A stretch of 64,000 bases of DNA from an uncultured Gemmatimonadales bacterium (GTDB lineage Bacteria > Gemmatimonadota > Gemmatimonadetes > Gemmatimonadales > GWC2-71-9). Made by a program: the position numbers and the translations under genes. The stretch lies in contig CAWGED010000019.1 of the NCBI GenBank assembly GCA_963821525.1, positions 736,001-800,000 on the forward strand, in the 5' to 3' direction. The notes below the pieces were generated by a model. It made no database searches. It was not told where the DNA came from and was given only the letters and a program-made list of their open reading frames with translations. How positions within the stretch are numbered: the first letter of the stretch is position 1; the number at the start of each line of letters is the position of its first letter. Positions 54,429-64,000 of this stretch are shown here, piece by piece.

Positions 54429-55079
54429 TCACACCGACGAGACGGTCAAGGGCCCGGTTAGAGTAATGGTTACCGGTGTCCCGGCGGCGACCACCACGTC
54501 GCGGCTCGCGGTCTGGATCGCGACCACGGTGCCCCCCGCCGCCCCTACGACACCGCCGATGATGGCGCCCTTCGTGTTACCGCCGATCACCCGGCCCGCG
54601 ACCGCCCCGATGGCGGTCCCGACCGCGACCTTCTCGATTTCACCAGCTGTGACACCACGACCCTTGAGGGTATGGGATAGAGAAGTGACCTCGGCTGCGA
54701 TCGGATAGTCCTGACCTCGGACCGTCACTCCTGTCACCTGAATGGTGAGGGTGCCATCCGCCTGGCCCTTATTCCGGGCCGGTGTGATTTCGGTGATCGT
54801 CAGCTCCACCGTAGAGCCCGCGGGGATCACTACCCGCCCCGCCGCGTCCAGGATGTCGGCGTCTATCGTCGTCGTCACGGTTTCGCCGGCCTTGGTGCTT
54901 CGCGAGGTGATCGTCCGGCCCATCGTCGCATCGATTGTGGCTCCGGTGGCGAGGGTGCGGGTCCTGGCCGCGGGCGCCGGTGTGCTTTGGGTGCTGTCGG
55001 TGAGGGAGACCTCCGGATTGGCTTTGCCACAGGCCAAGAGTCCTACTACGGCGAGTCCTACGATCATCGATCGGGTCAT
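54429..55079 (-). CDS. Lipoprotein with glycine-zipper motif
   Basis: Lipobox LLAC; GTAIGAVAG..IGG..KGAIIGGVVGAAGG. Confidence 0.8.
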   Translation of the reverse strand: MTRSMIVGLAVVGLLACGKANPEVSLTDSTQSTPAPAARTRTLATGATIDATMGRTITSRSTKAGETVTTTIDADILDAAGRVVIPAGSTVELTITEITPARNKGQADGTLTIQVTGVTVRGQDYPIAAEVTSLSHTLKGRGVTAGEIEKVAVGTAIGAVAGRVIGGNTKGAIIGGVVGAAGGTVVAIQTASRDVVVAAGTPVTITLTGPLTVSSV

Positions 55080-55125
55080 CCTATACCCCGTTTCTCAAGT
55101 GACGGCGTCTTTGCGCCGGTACGGC

Positions 55126-55460
55126 TCATCGCAAGTACAGGTACAGTCCAAGACCCCCGACTCCAGCGGACAGGATCGTCACTACCGGCTCGTCGATAAT
55201 CAGGCCGGTGACCATACCCGCCGCCCCAACGATCAGGAGCGCGAGACCTTCATGCTTGGTGCCGTGCTGATACGGATCCTTGACCAGAAGCAGCTGGTTG
55301 CTCGTGGGCCAGGCTGGCCGGGAGCCGCAACGTCGCCGAAGCGGTGAGCTGAACGGTGGACCCGCGCAGGCTGATCGGGGCCACCGCCTGCGCGCCCGCC
55401 GGCCGCACTGGAACCAGTAAGGGTGGCCATCAGCAGAACACTCAAGGGGAAGAACCGCAT
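55126..55460 (-). CDS. Small membrane hypothetical protein (probable frameshift)
   Basis: Signal-like N-terminus and a hydrophobic C-terminus in an adjacent frame; GAGG RBS. Confidence 0.45.
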
Positions 55461-55530
55461 TGGTACCTCTTAGGTAAACGTGAACCGTCATCCCTAACGC
55501 CCGCTTACCGGCCCGCGATGTCCTCACGGG

Positions 55531-55725
55531 TCACCGGTCCTCATCCCCGTTGCGGGGGTGCCCTCCGGCCTCGGCGTCCCACGCCTCGGCGGGAAAGACC
55601 CTCTTCCACAATTCGATCAACTCCTTGCCGCTGAGCGGCGCAGGTCCGGGCCGACTCGACTCCATTACCGGCGGCTGGGGGCCCGCCTGCATCAGCTTGG
55701 CCTGCCGGACCTCGAAGATGTCCAT
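55531..55725 (-). CDS. Small hypothetical protein
   Basis: MDIFEVRQAKL... ORF in operon position. Confidence 0.4.
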   Translation of the reverse strand: MDIFEVRQAKLMQAGPQPPVMESSRPGPAPLSGKELIELWKRVFPAEAWDAEAGGHPRNGDEDR

Positions 55726-55733
55726 TTCGGGTC

Positions 55734-55990
55734 TCAGCGCCCCCAAGTCGGTAGCCCGGTGCTCTGACCACCAGGCGATCGCTCGCCTCAGGGTGAGCCA
55801 GGAACTCGGGAACCGTGTCGGTAAACCAGAGCACGGCCTTCTCTACCAAGGGCCGCTCCTGCGCCGGGATCACCGCCTGGATCGGCGCCTTCCAGTCTCG
55901 CGCATTCCGTACCCGGTCGAAGGCCGCCGCCAGCTCCTCCAGTCGATAGCCGGTCAAACGCTTCGGATCGTACGCCACGGATGCCGTCAT
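55734..55990 (-). CDS. Small hypothetical protein (3' end uncertain)
   Basis: AFDRV....DWKAPI.A...AVLWFT....GY pattern; GAGGG RBS. Confidence 0.55.
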
Positions 55991-56353
55991 TCGTTCCCTC
56001 GCGCGACAAGTGGACCTTGGGCTGCAACAATTACAACTCTACCCCGATTGCCGGGGCGAACGTATCGCTCGATGGAGTGAATTAAGAGCGATCGCAGGAT
56101 CCTGTCGCCCGCGCTTCAACCCTATAGCCAAGCGCCACGAGGGACCTCTCGGCCGAACCAGCCGAGCAAGTCCCTCGGGTTTCTTCGCTTCGCTTCACTC
56201 CGGAACCAGCAACCACCCGGCTGGTTCGCGCCACTTCGCGAGGATGTCCCGGACGCCGCCCACCGAATAGGAGGGAGGAGGGCAAACCGTAAGGCCAGCC
56301 CTCCCGAATACAGCGTGGATTATCAATGTCAGTGGGCCGGGCGGAGAGGACAA

Positions 56354-57000
56354 TCAATCAAAGGATTGAAACTTGATGGAGTCGAGCGGGACGACTGGGA
56401 CGAGACTTGGCCCCGGTCGGTGCGGCAGCCGCGGAATCTTGGCGGGATCCGCCCCGCGCTGAGAAAAGGCGGCGATCTCCAAGTGGCGGTTGCCTGGGAG
56501 CTTGGACAAGCGCCTGATGCCCGGCCACCGCTTCGGCCGTCCCCGGACTCCGTGCCGCTTGAGCTGACCAAATAGCGACCGAGTCAGTTCCGATGGCAGC
56601 GCCTGAATCCCCTGGACCACAGAGTGGACGGTCTGGAGAAACTGCTCGAACGAGGCACCCGCCATGATGAATCCGGAGACTCCGGCCCGGACGAAGCTCG
56701 CCACATCATTCTGTGGCGCCTCCAGGCCCATGATGATCACCCGCGACTTAGGTACGGCACGATGCAACGCTCCGGCCAGCGCGAGTCTGTCTTCGCCCGC
56801 CTGCCGCAGATTCAGGAGCACTATGTCGGGTCTTGTCGCGCGCACCTGCCGCAGGGCCTCCTTCGTGTCCGCGGAAGGGGCGAGGACATGGAAACCCGGC
56901 TGGGCCCGGATCAGCGACGCGATCCCTTCACGCGCCGGCGGGTAGCCGTTCAGCAGGACCAATGAGATGCGCCTCGTCTGAGCCACGCCAGCTGACCTCG
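56354..57000 (-). CDS. Degenerate NarL-like pseudo-receiver lacking the HTH (possible pseudogene)
   Basis: Close paralog of the 57166 gene; phosphoacceptor D to N; HTH missing but LEIAAFS retained. Confidence 0.65.
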
Positions 57001-57165
57001 AAGACCAGGATTCATAGGAATTGGCGCTCACCGGCAGATGGTTCCGTCGGGGGACGCTGATCGAGAAGTACTTGCATCGGAATGTGATGAAGCGGGAGGG
57101 GCACAACAATCGCTCGTGCGGACCAGTCGGGAACTCGCTCGAAAGAGCGGGTTCTCGGCGAGGAG

Positions 57166-57894
57166 TTATGGATATGAGGTTCTAGAAGCTCCTCTAGAGT
57201 GCGAGAAGGCGGCCACCTCGAGGCGGCTGTGCAGCGCCAGCTTCTCCAGGACGTTGTGCACGTGGCTCTTGACCGTGTGAACCGCGATGTGCAGCCGAGT
57301 CGAGATCTCCTTGTTGCTCAGACCCTCACCAAGGAGATCAATGACCTGACGTTCCCGGCTGGTCAGGCGGACCGCCTCAAGAACCCGGGCCTTGTTCCCT
57401 CTGGCCGCACGCATCGCGATCTGCGAGAAGAGCGAGTTGGTCAGCGCCGGGGGCAACACCTCGGCGCCGCCGGCCACGGCGCGTATAGTGCCAAAAAAAT
57501 CCTCGAAGGAGGCGTCTTTCATGATGAAGCCGGACGCTCCTGCGCGTACGTAGTTTGCGATATCCTCTTGCAGCGGCAGGAGACCCATGACGATTACCCG
57601 GGCCGCAGGCACCTCGCCGTGGACCGTCGCGGTCAGGCTCAGGCTGTCGTGGTCCTGCAGCCCGAAATCCAGCAGGACCACGTCCGGCTTGGATTCGCGC
57701 ACTTTCTTCAAAGCCTCGTCGACATCCGCGGACGCCGCCAGGACTTTGAATCCCGGCTGGGTGTGGATCAGGGCTGCGATCCCCTCGCGAAGGAGCCGGT
57801 TGTCCTCAATGAGCACGAGCGAAATGGGAGCTGAAACCGGAGCGGTTGCGGCTCCCCCAGCTTTCCTCGCCTTACGCTTGAGTCCCTTCGTCAC
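57166..57894 (-). CDS. NarL/LuxR family response regulator
   Basis: IEDN, PDVVLLD, GFIMK; LTSRERQV...GLSNKEI...TVKSHV. Confidence 0.93.
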   Translation of the reverse strand: MTKGLKRKARKAGGAATAPVSAPISLVLIEDNRLLREGIAALIHTQPGFKVLAASADVDEALKKVRESKPDVVLLDFGLQDHDSLSLTATVHGEVPAARVIVMGLLPLQEDIANYVRAGASGFIMKDASFEDFFGTIRAVAGGAEVLPPALTNSLFSQIAMRAARGNKARVLEAVRLTSRERQVIDLLGEGLSNKEISTRLHIAVHTVKSHVHNVLEKLALHSRLEVAAFSHSRGASRTSYP

Positions 57895-58134
57895 GGGGTG
57901 ACCGTTTGGGGCCGCGGGGATAATACGGAGGGAAAGCGCCGCCGGACAAACGGGAGGCGACTGGGGGAAGGTATCGGCCACAACAAAATCAGCCAGCGGG
58001 GATTCGCGACCATAGTAGCGCCCCTCCCGTATGCTGATGCTACTTCGCTGTAGCCATCCTACGCATTAAGGCTATCGTATAGCGCTACATCTAGCAAGAC
58101 TCGAGCCGACGCGCGGTTGGCCCGAAAGCGCCGT

Positions 58135-58353
58135 ATGGTACGGCTCTGTATTCACCAGATCATGCAGGCTCGCCACATCTCCGCCTACGCTCTCAGCAAA
58201 GGCACCAACCTCAGTTATCCCAGCGCTTACAGGCTCTCCCGGGCCGGCGGTCTCTTCGGCCGGATGCACGCTGAGACCTTGGATGCCCTCTGCGGGTTCT
58301 TCAACCTCCAGCCAGGCAGGCTCATCGAGTGGGTTCCCAAGGGACAAGGCTGA
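58135..58353 (+). CDS. Cro/C1-type HTH transcriptional regulator
   Basis: SAYALSKGTNLSY, TLDALC.FF..QPG.LIE. Confidence 0.75.
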   Translation: MVRLCIHQIMQARHISAYALSKGTNLSYPSAYRLSRAGGLFGRMHAETLDALCGFFNLQPGRLIEWVPKGQG

Positions 58354-58499
58354 CGGCCAATGCCGTGAGGAGCCTTGGTCCACACCGCTCAGCGGTGAGT
58401 TACTCCTCTCCCTGGTTACAACGCATCGATCGCTGAGCCGAACCCTCGGCCTCACAGGCCGGAATTCAGGACGCGGGATGAAAACGGCTCCTTCGGCAA

Positions 58500-59378
58500 T
58501 CATTTCAATATCCCTCGCCATTCCGTCAACCACCGCCCCGTCCTGCTCACTACCATCGAGCTGTCACTCCCCAGGAAATCCAGATCGGCGTGGCCCAGGC
58601 TCGGATCCGCATAGGTGCCGCGGGTTCGCGCCGAGTCACGGGCAGCGAGAAGAGCGGCCACCGCACGCCGGGTGCCGATCCAGATCAGGCCGTCCGATGC
58701 GCGGATGGCGATGCGTTTGGGCAGGCCGAAGCTGTCGGGGGCGATGTAGAGATGGGCGAGGAAGGGGATAAGACTGGTATCCCGCGAGAAGGAAAGCAGC
58801 GTGAGGTAACGAATCCGGAGCGCCTGGTCCTGCGTCGCCAGAAAGCGAGCTACCATCGTGTCCGCGGCACCCTGGTCCAGTCTGCCAAACACCCAGGCGT
58901 CTCCCACGTCGTAGTTCCCCTCCGGTATCCTCGGCAGGAGGCCCGAGAGTAGGGCGAGATCTCCCTGCTTCGCACGACTCAGCTCGAGTTCGATGGCGTG
59001 CAGCGCCGGCAACAGATCTCCCGGGTCCTCACCCGCCGGCACTTTTAGGGTTCCCTTCTCGATTCGATCGCGCCAGCGGCGCACACTGTCCGCGCTCGTC
59101 GGGTCTCGCAGCTCGGCGATGCGGGTGAGTGCGAGGAGCCCGTCATTGTACGGCCGGCGCCCCGCAAGGGCGTCGCGAACTCGGGGCCACAATTTCGCCA
59201 CCTTCTTCTCAGCCATGATCGCGGCGACGGTATCTGCCGCCGGAGTCCCCTCCCGCAAGCTCTCGTGGATTTCCGAGTAGATCGTGCGGGTCGAATCGCC
59301 GATCCGGATCTGAATCTGGGCGGCTGCCGAGCGGCCCCCGACCAGGGCGAGGGCGAGGAGGACTGCGGCTGCTCTCAT
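58500..59378 (-). CDS. Secreted helical hypothetical protein
   Basis: Signal peptide MRAAAVLLALAL; ATGA overlap with the MFS gene. Confidence 0.65.
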   Translation of the reverse strand: MRAAAVLLALALVGGRSAAAQIQIRIGDSTRTIYSEIHESLREGTPAADTVAAIMAEKKVAKLWPRVRDALAGRRPYNDGLLALTRIAELRDPTSADSVRRWRDRIEKGTLKVPAGEDPGDLLPALHAIELELSRAKQGDLALLSGLLPRIPEGNYDVGDAWVFGRLDQGAADTMVARFLATQDQALRIRYLTLLSFSRDTSLIPFLAHLYIAPDSFGLPKRIAIRASDGLIWIGTRRAVAALLAARDSARTRGTYADPSLGHADLDFLGSDSSMVVSRTGRWLTEWRGILK

Positions 59379-60540
59379 GCGGAAGCCCGGGGTTGCGGCA
59401 CGGTGAGCCAGAAAAGGACCGCAACCACCATGGTCGCGGCAGAAACCCGGAGCGCGACCGGTGCCCCGGCGTGCTGGTAGAGCGCTCCGAATCCGACCGC
59501 CGCCGGCAGCGCGGCGAGACCGGTTACGCCGTGATAGGCACCAAATCCTCGTCCGGTACGCCGTGGAGCGAGCCGGGCCACTAGCGCACGCTCGGCGGAC
59601 TCGGTGAGACCGGCGACCAGGCCAAGGGTGAGAAAGGCGGTAACCGCCGGCCCAACTCCGGCGTTGAGACCCATCGCAAACGCTCCGGCCGCGAAGAGCA
59701 GTCCCCCGGCCGCGACCAGACTCCGCTGACCGATGCGGTCGGTGAGCCAACCTCCCGGATAGGATGATGCGGTTCGTACGACGTGGAGGCCGGCCCATAC
59801 GAGCGGAATCATCGCGACGGGCACACCGACGTCCTGCAGCCGGAGCAGAAGCAAGGTCTCCGGAAGGCGGCAGAGCACCAGTGCGGCCAGAGCCAGGACG
59901 GGAGCCCAGAAGGTCTGCCCTGTCGCATCCACCGAGGCGGTGGGTGCGGCGACAGGCTCACGACTCGTTGTGCGTCGCAGAGTGACGATCAAGGACCAGC
60001 ATCGCAACGATACCGGGAACAGCGCTCCACTGCAGCACCTTGCGGACGTCCACCGCTTGCGAGAGCAGCCACCAGGCCAGCAACGAGCCGGGGATGGAGC
60101 CGAAGTGATCGGCCGCGCGATGAAGCCCGAAGGCCCTCCCCTGCACTTCCCTTGGTGTGATCTCGGCGATCAGCGCATCACGCGGCGGGGTCCGCAGGCC
60201 CTTGCCGACCCGATCAAGCACCCGAAATCCCACCACCTGCCAGGCCGCGCTGGCGATCGCCATCAGGGGACGAACCAGAATCGCGGACGCGTATCCGAGG
60301 AGGATGAGCGGCTTCTGCCACCCGCGCCGGTCGGCGAGGCGGCCGCTGATCCACTTGGTAACCGCCGCGGTCAGGTCGGCCGCACCATCGAGGGCGCCGA
60401 GCGTGGTCGCCGTCCCGCCTAGTGTGCCGATTACATACGCGGGCAGGAGGGGGTACACCATCTCGCTCGCGAAGTCGTTGAAGAGCGAGACGAGGGCGAG
60501 GCCCTTGACGGTCGGGGGGATTGAAGCCGGAGAGGATGTC
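59375..60540 (-). CDS. MFS transporter (frameshift near 60000; start uncertain)
   Basis: SLFNDFASEM.YPLLP, DRVGKG.RT.PRDAL, GRAFG.HR..D. Confidence 0.85.
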
Positions 60541-60685
60541 AGATTGAAGATTTCAGATTGAAGATTGAATTACTGCAATTGAGGATTGAGGATCTCAGAT
60601 TGAAGATTTCAAAACCGACAGGTGATCGAACTGCTTCAAATCTTAACTCATTCAATCTTCAATCTGAAATATCCCAATCCTCCTC
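60540..60685. repeat. Inverted tandem heptamer element (AGATTGA / TCAATCT), AT-rich
   Basis: About 10 units, spacer of about 25 nt, then the reverse array. Confidence 0.85.
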
Positions 60686-62291
60686 ACTCATCAATTCCCA
60701 GCCCCATTCCCCACCTGATCAGCGACACCGGCAGACCGCCGTAACTCAGAAACTCGTTGTGGAATTGCTGAAGCTGGAAGGAACCGCCTTCGCGGTCGCG
60801 GTAGGCATCCCGCAGATGAAGAATCTCGCGGCGGCCGACGGCGTAACACAGCTGGTAGGTTGGCCACGCACAGTAGCGACTCACCTCGGCGGCAGCTCGA
60901 CCGCGATCCATCGCGAGGTGATCCACCATGTAGTCGGTCGCTTCCACGGGAGTCATCCCCCGGGTGTGCAGCCCCACATCCAGCACGATGCGGATCGCAC
61001 GCCACAGGAGGTGAAGCCGCTGGAAGAGCCGCTGCTCGAGCGAGGCGAAATACCCCTCCTCCGCCATCAGCTCCTCGCAGTAGAGCGCCCAACCCTCGAC
61101 GGTGACGGGAGTCCAGAGCACGCGCCGAACCGGAGACTCCTGCGCCTGCGCCGTGAGCATCTGCAGATGGTGCCCGGGGTAGGCCTCGTGAATTGCGGTG
61201 GCGGCCACCTCGTGCATGCAATACAGTCCCTCGGAGGAACGAGCCCCATTGGGAGAGGTGACGTAGAACATCCCGCTGCGGTCGGCCGCCATCGCTCCCG
61301 GCGCCTCGTAGGCGGCGAAGGGAACCAGGGGCCGCAGGAAACGAGGCGTGTCCACCACCTCGAGATCCCCGTCGGGGATGCGCACCAGGCTGCGCTCGGC
61401 CACGAACTGCCGTGCTCTGCCGGTTTCTTCGCGGAAGACGTTCACCAGATCGGAGTCGGGTGGTGACTGACTGCGGAGGCGCTCGATCAGTTTCCGCCAC
61501 GGAGCGGAGGGATCGATTTTCTTCGCCAGCGCGACTATCTCCGCCTCGACCTCTTCGACCAGGTGTAATCCGTAGCGATACAGTTCCGGTGCACCGGCCT
61601 GCAACGCATGCTCGTGATGCAGCCGCCGGTTGAACTGCTCCTCGCCGATCGCGAACGAGAGGTCATCGGGGTTCGCGTTGAGCTCACTCCGCAGCGCCAG
61701 TGCAAATCGCTCGAGCGAGGACTCGGCCTCTCCCAGCGCCTCGTCCAGGTCGTCGCTGGTCTCGGGGGCCCAGAGCTTCGCCGCGCCGGCCGCGTCCCGG
61801 AACAATGCAGGTCCACCCGCCACCATTGCCGATGCGGTTTCGAGGAAAATCCGGGGAGGATCTACCAGTGTCTCGCGCGCCGAGCGGAGAAAGGCGGGAG
61901 TCGCCTTGAGACGGCCGAGGACGCCGTGCCCGCGAGGCCTCGCCTCGGGATCCCGCCGGCGCAGCAGAGAATGGAAGCCCTGAAAGAGATGTGAGAGCCA
62001 GTACCCGGGGTCGTGGATGTGTGGCTTCTCGCGCTCGAAACGGAAGACGGTGATGCGGATTTCGTCGAGGAAGGCGGTACGATCGATTTCTTCCTCGGTC
62101 TCGTCGATCTCCAGCTGTTCCACCGCCGCCGCCATCGACTTGAAGGCCGAGAGGTGGGTGCGCATCGCCTCGGCATCGAAGGAGCCGAGCCGGTGATCGA
62201 GCGAGGTGATGCCCGTCGCGCTGGCCGCGGCGGGATCGAAGTGCCACCGGAGATCGAGGTAGGACCGGTAGAGATCTTCAGTGCCCGGCAT
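60684..62291 (-). CDS. DUF885 family protein
   Basis: HEAYPGHHLQ, EGWALY.E, R.VLD.GLH, EV.RY..WP.Y...Y. Confidence 0.9.
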   Translation of the reverse strand: MPGTEDLYRSYLDLRWHFDPAAASATGITSLDHRLGSFDAEAMRTHLSAFKSMAAAVEQLEIDETEEEIDRTAFLDEIRITVFRFEREKPHIHDPGYWLSHLFQGFHSLLRRRDPEARPRGHGVLGRLKATPAFLRSARETLVDPPRIFLETASAMVAGGPALFRDAAGAAKLWAPETSDDLDEALGEAESSLERFALALRSELNANPDDLSFAIGEEQFNRRLHHEHALQAGAPELYRYGLHLVEEVEAEIVALAKKIDPSAPWRKLIERLRSQSPPDSDLVNVFREETGRARQFVAERSLVRIPDGDLEVVDTPRFLRPLVPFAAYEAPGAMAADRSGMFYVTSPNGARSSEGLYCMHEVAATAIHEAYPGHHLQMLTAQAQESPVRRVLWTPVTVEGWALYCEELMAEEGYFASLEQRLFQRLHLLWRAIRIVLDVGLHTRGMTPVEATDYMVDHLAMDRGRAAAEVSRYCAWPTYQLCYAVGRREILHLRDAYRDREGGSFQLQQFHNEFLSYGGLPVSLIRWGMGLGIDE

Positions 62292-63534
62292 CAACCGCAC
62301 CCATTCGCGCCGCCTCGACCAGACGGTGGCACTCTTCGTCCGCCAGTGTATGAGCCGACCGCTTGGCGGCCTGGAACAGCGCGTCCACCGTGCGGGAATC
62401 CTCGGGGTCGTACCCGTGTTCTTCCAGCCAGCACTTCACATTCGAAACCCCGGACTGGGGTGAGATGTCGATACGCTGGTTCAAGCCAAACTCGCCGGCC
62501 GGCACGCTGGAGTAGACCCGGTCGGCCAGCCAGGCGTCACCCTTCTTGCGAGCCTTGACGATCGCGGCGGCGTGTACGCCCGTGCCGGTGCGGAATGCGT
62601 CCGCGCCCACGACCGGATAATTCACCGGAATGGGCACGCCGGTCGCCTCGGCGGCCAGCCGGCAGTACTCGGGTAGGCGCGAGACATCGTGGGTGTAGAG
62701 ACCGAGCAGACGGAGATTCACGATCAGCAGATCCATCTCCGTGTTTCCGACTCGCTCTCCTACTCCGAGGGCGGTGGCGTGCACCCGGTCCACCCCGGCC
62801 TCGATCGCCGCCAGGCAATTCGCGATGCCGAGTCCCCGATCCCGGTGGCCATGCCAGTCCAGCTTCACGTCCTCCCCGGATGGCGAAATGATCTCATCCC
62901 GAACGAAACGGACCAGGTTGCGCACACCGGACGGCGTCGCGTGCCCGGTCGTATCCGCGAGACATAGCCGGCGCGCTCCCCAACGAATGGCGTTGCCATA
63001 GAGCGCCTTGAGCGTTTCGGGTCGAGCGCGAGTGGTATCCTCGGTCACGTACATGACCGGCAGGCCCTGCCGCACGGCGAAGGTGACGGCCTCCTCCGAT
63101 ACCCGCAGCATCCGATCCAGCGTCCAATCCTCGGCGTACTGCCGGATGGGAGAGGAGCCGATGAAGGTCGCGGCCTCGAGGGCGAGGCCGGTCTCCTGAC
63201 TGATTTGCGCGATGGGCTCGATGTCCCTGACCAGCGTCCGGGCGGCGCAGTTGGGGCTCACGGGCAACCGGCTGTTGGCGATCTCCCAGGCCAGGGTCCG
63301 CACCTGGTCCACCATGCGCGGCCCGGCCCCGGGCAGCCCGATGTCGGCCGAGGCGATGCCGAGGTCGGCCATAAGGTGGAGCAGGCGAAGCTTATCCGAC
63401 ATCGAGGGGTCCGACACCGACGGCGACTGCAGCCCGTCCCGGAGAGTCTCATCATTGAGCTCCACCCGGGCAGTGCGATAGTCGAACCCGCCATCAAGCG
63501 GATTCCAGTCGTAGATCAGATCGGCTTCCCGCAT
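62278..63534 (-). CDS. DRE-TIM metallolyase, LeuA/homocitrate synthase-like, no regulatory domain
   Basis: ETLRDGLQ, EDTTRA, LADTTG, HGHRDRG, G.GERVGN, GVHA. Confidence 0.85.
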   Translation of the reverse strand: MREADLIYDWNPLDGGFDYRTARVELNDETLRDGLQSPSVSDPSMSDKLRLLHLMADLGIASADIGLPGAGPRMVDQVRTLAWEIANSRLPVSPNCAARTLVRDIEPIAQISQETGLALEAATFIGSSPIRQYAEDWTLDRMLRVSEEAVTFAVRQGLPVMYVTEDTTRARPETLKALYGNAIRWGARRLCLADTTGHATPSGVRNLVRFVRDEIISPSGEDVKLDWHGHRDRGLGIANCLAAIEAGVDRVHATALGVGERVGNTEMDLLIVNLRLLGLYTHDVSRLPEYCRLAAEATGVPIPVNYPVVGADAFRTGTGVHAAAIVKARKKGDAWLADRVYSSVPAGEFGLNQRIDISPQSGVSNVKCWLEEHGYDPEDSRTVDALFQAAKRSAHTLADEECHRLVEAARMGAVDAGH

Positions 63535-63570
63535 GGGGGAAGTGTTGCGGGGGACACCGGTGGGGTCAAG

Positions 63571-63674
63571 GGAATGGCGGAATGAATGAAATGGCGGAAT
63601 GGAGGAATTGAAATGGCGCTGTATCTTCCCTTCCGTCCATTCAACCATTCCGCCATTTCCGCCATTCCGCCATT
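63571..63674. repeat. Inverted tandem 8-mer element (AATGGCGG / CCGCCATT)
   Basis: Same unit as the 29294 element; between divergent genes. Confidence 0.85.
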
Positions 63675-64000
63675 GCCCCTCGACCTCGACTACCCCACCA
63701 TGCAGCGCCTTGGGCGCCGGGTCGCCGACCTGGTGGCTCGCCATCTCGCCACACTCCGGGAGCAGCCCACCCGGCGCACCCTGAGCCGCGCTGAGGCCGA
63801 CCGAATGATCGCGGGTCCGGCTCCAAGGAGCGGCACCGACTTCGAAACGCTGCTGGCCAAGCTCGAGCGGGACGTGATCCCCTACCACACCCGAGAGCCG
63901 CACCCGGGCTTCGTAGCCTACGTCCAAAGCTGCTCTGCATTTCCGGCAGTCTTGGGAGACTGGATCGCGACCGGATACAACTTCTTCGGCGGGGCCTGGG
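63673..64000 (+). CDS. PLP-dependent group II decarboxylase, N-terminal part (partial)
   Basis: MQRLG..VAD, P..G.DF, HPGFVAYV, AVLGDW....N. Confidence 0.8.
   Translation, partial: MPLDLDYPTMQRLGRRVADLVARHLATLREQPTRRTLSRAEADRMIAGPAPRSGTDFETLLAKLERDVIPYHTREPHPGFVAYVQSCSAFPAVLGDWIATGYNFFGGAW

Noticed and set aside
52057..58400. Prophage or integrative element
   Set aside because: A Cro-like HTH is present, but no integrase, structural genes, tRNA or att repeats were seen

Overview
High-GC bacterial chromosomal segment; gene content (Ig-domain Ser/Thr kinases, DUF885, DUF4139, CstA) is suggestive of Gemmatimonadota (inference). About 20 genes, including housekeeping ones (asd, mobA, htpX, ETF-QO), carry single frameshifts, most simply explained as uncorrected long-read indels. 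Contents: queD/Moco genes; a yybP-ykoY-like Mn riboswitch before htpX-terC; a domain-permuted multicopper oxidase; a DAP/lysine operon (M20, asd, dapB, dapA, dapD) preceded by a Thr-rich leader-peptide attenuator; Ig-domain surface proteins; ETF genes; a DUF559 endonuclease cassette with palindromic terminal inverted repeats; an ECF sigma/acidic-loop anti-sigma/TonB receptor unit; cstA-ybdD; and a small-protein island with a NarL-type regulator pair and a structured intergenic region. Eight intergenic elements share one architecture (tandem 7-8-mer array, spacer, reverse-complement array) but use seven different repeat units. No rRNA, tRNA or CRISPR array was seen. Family assignments come from motif recognition, not database searches.
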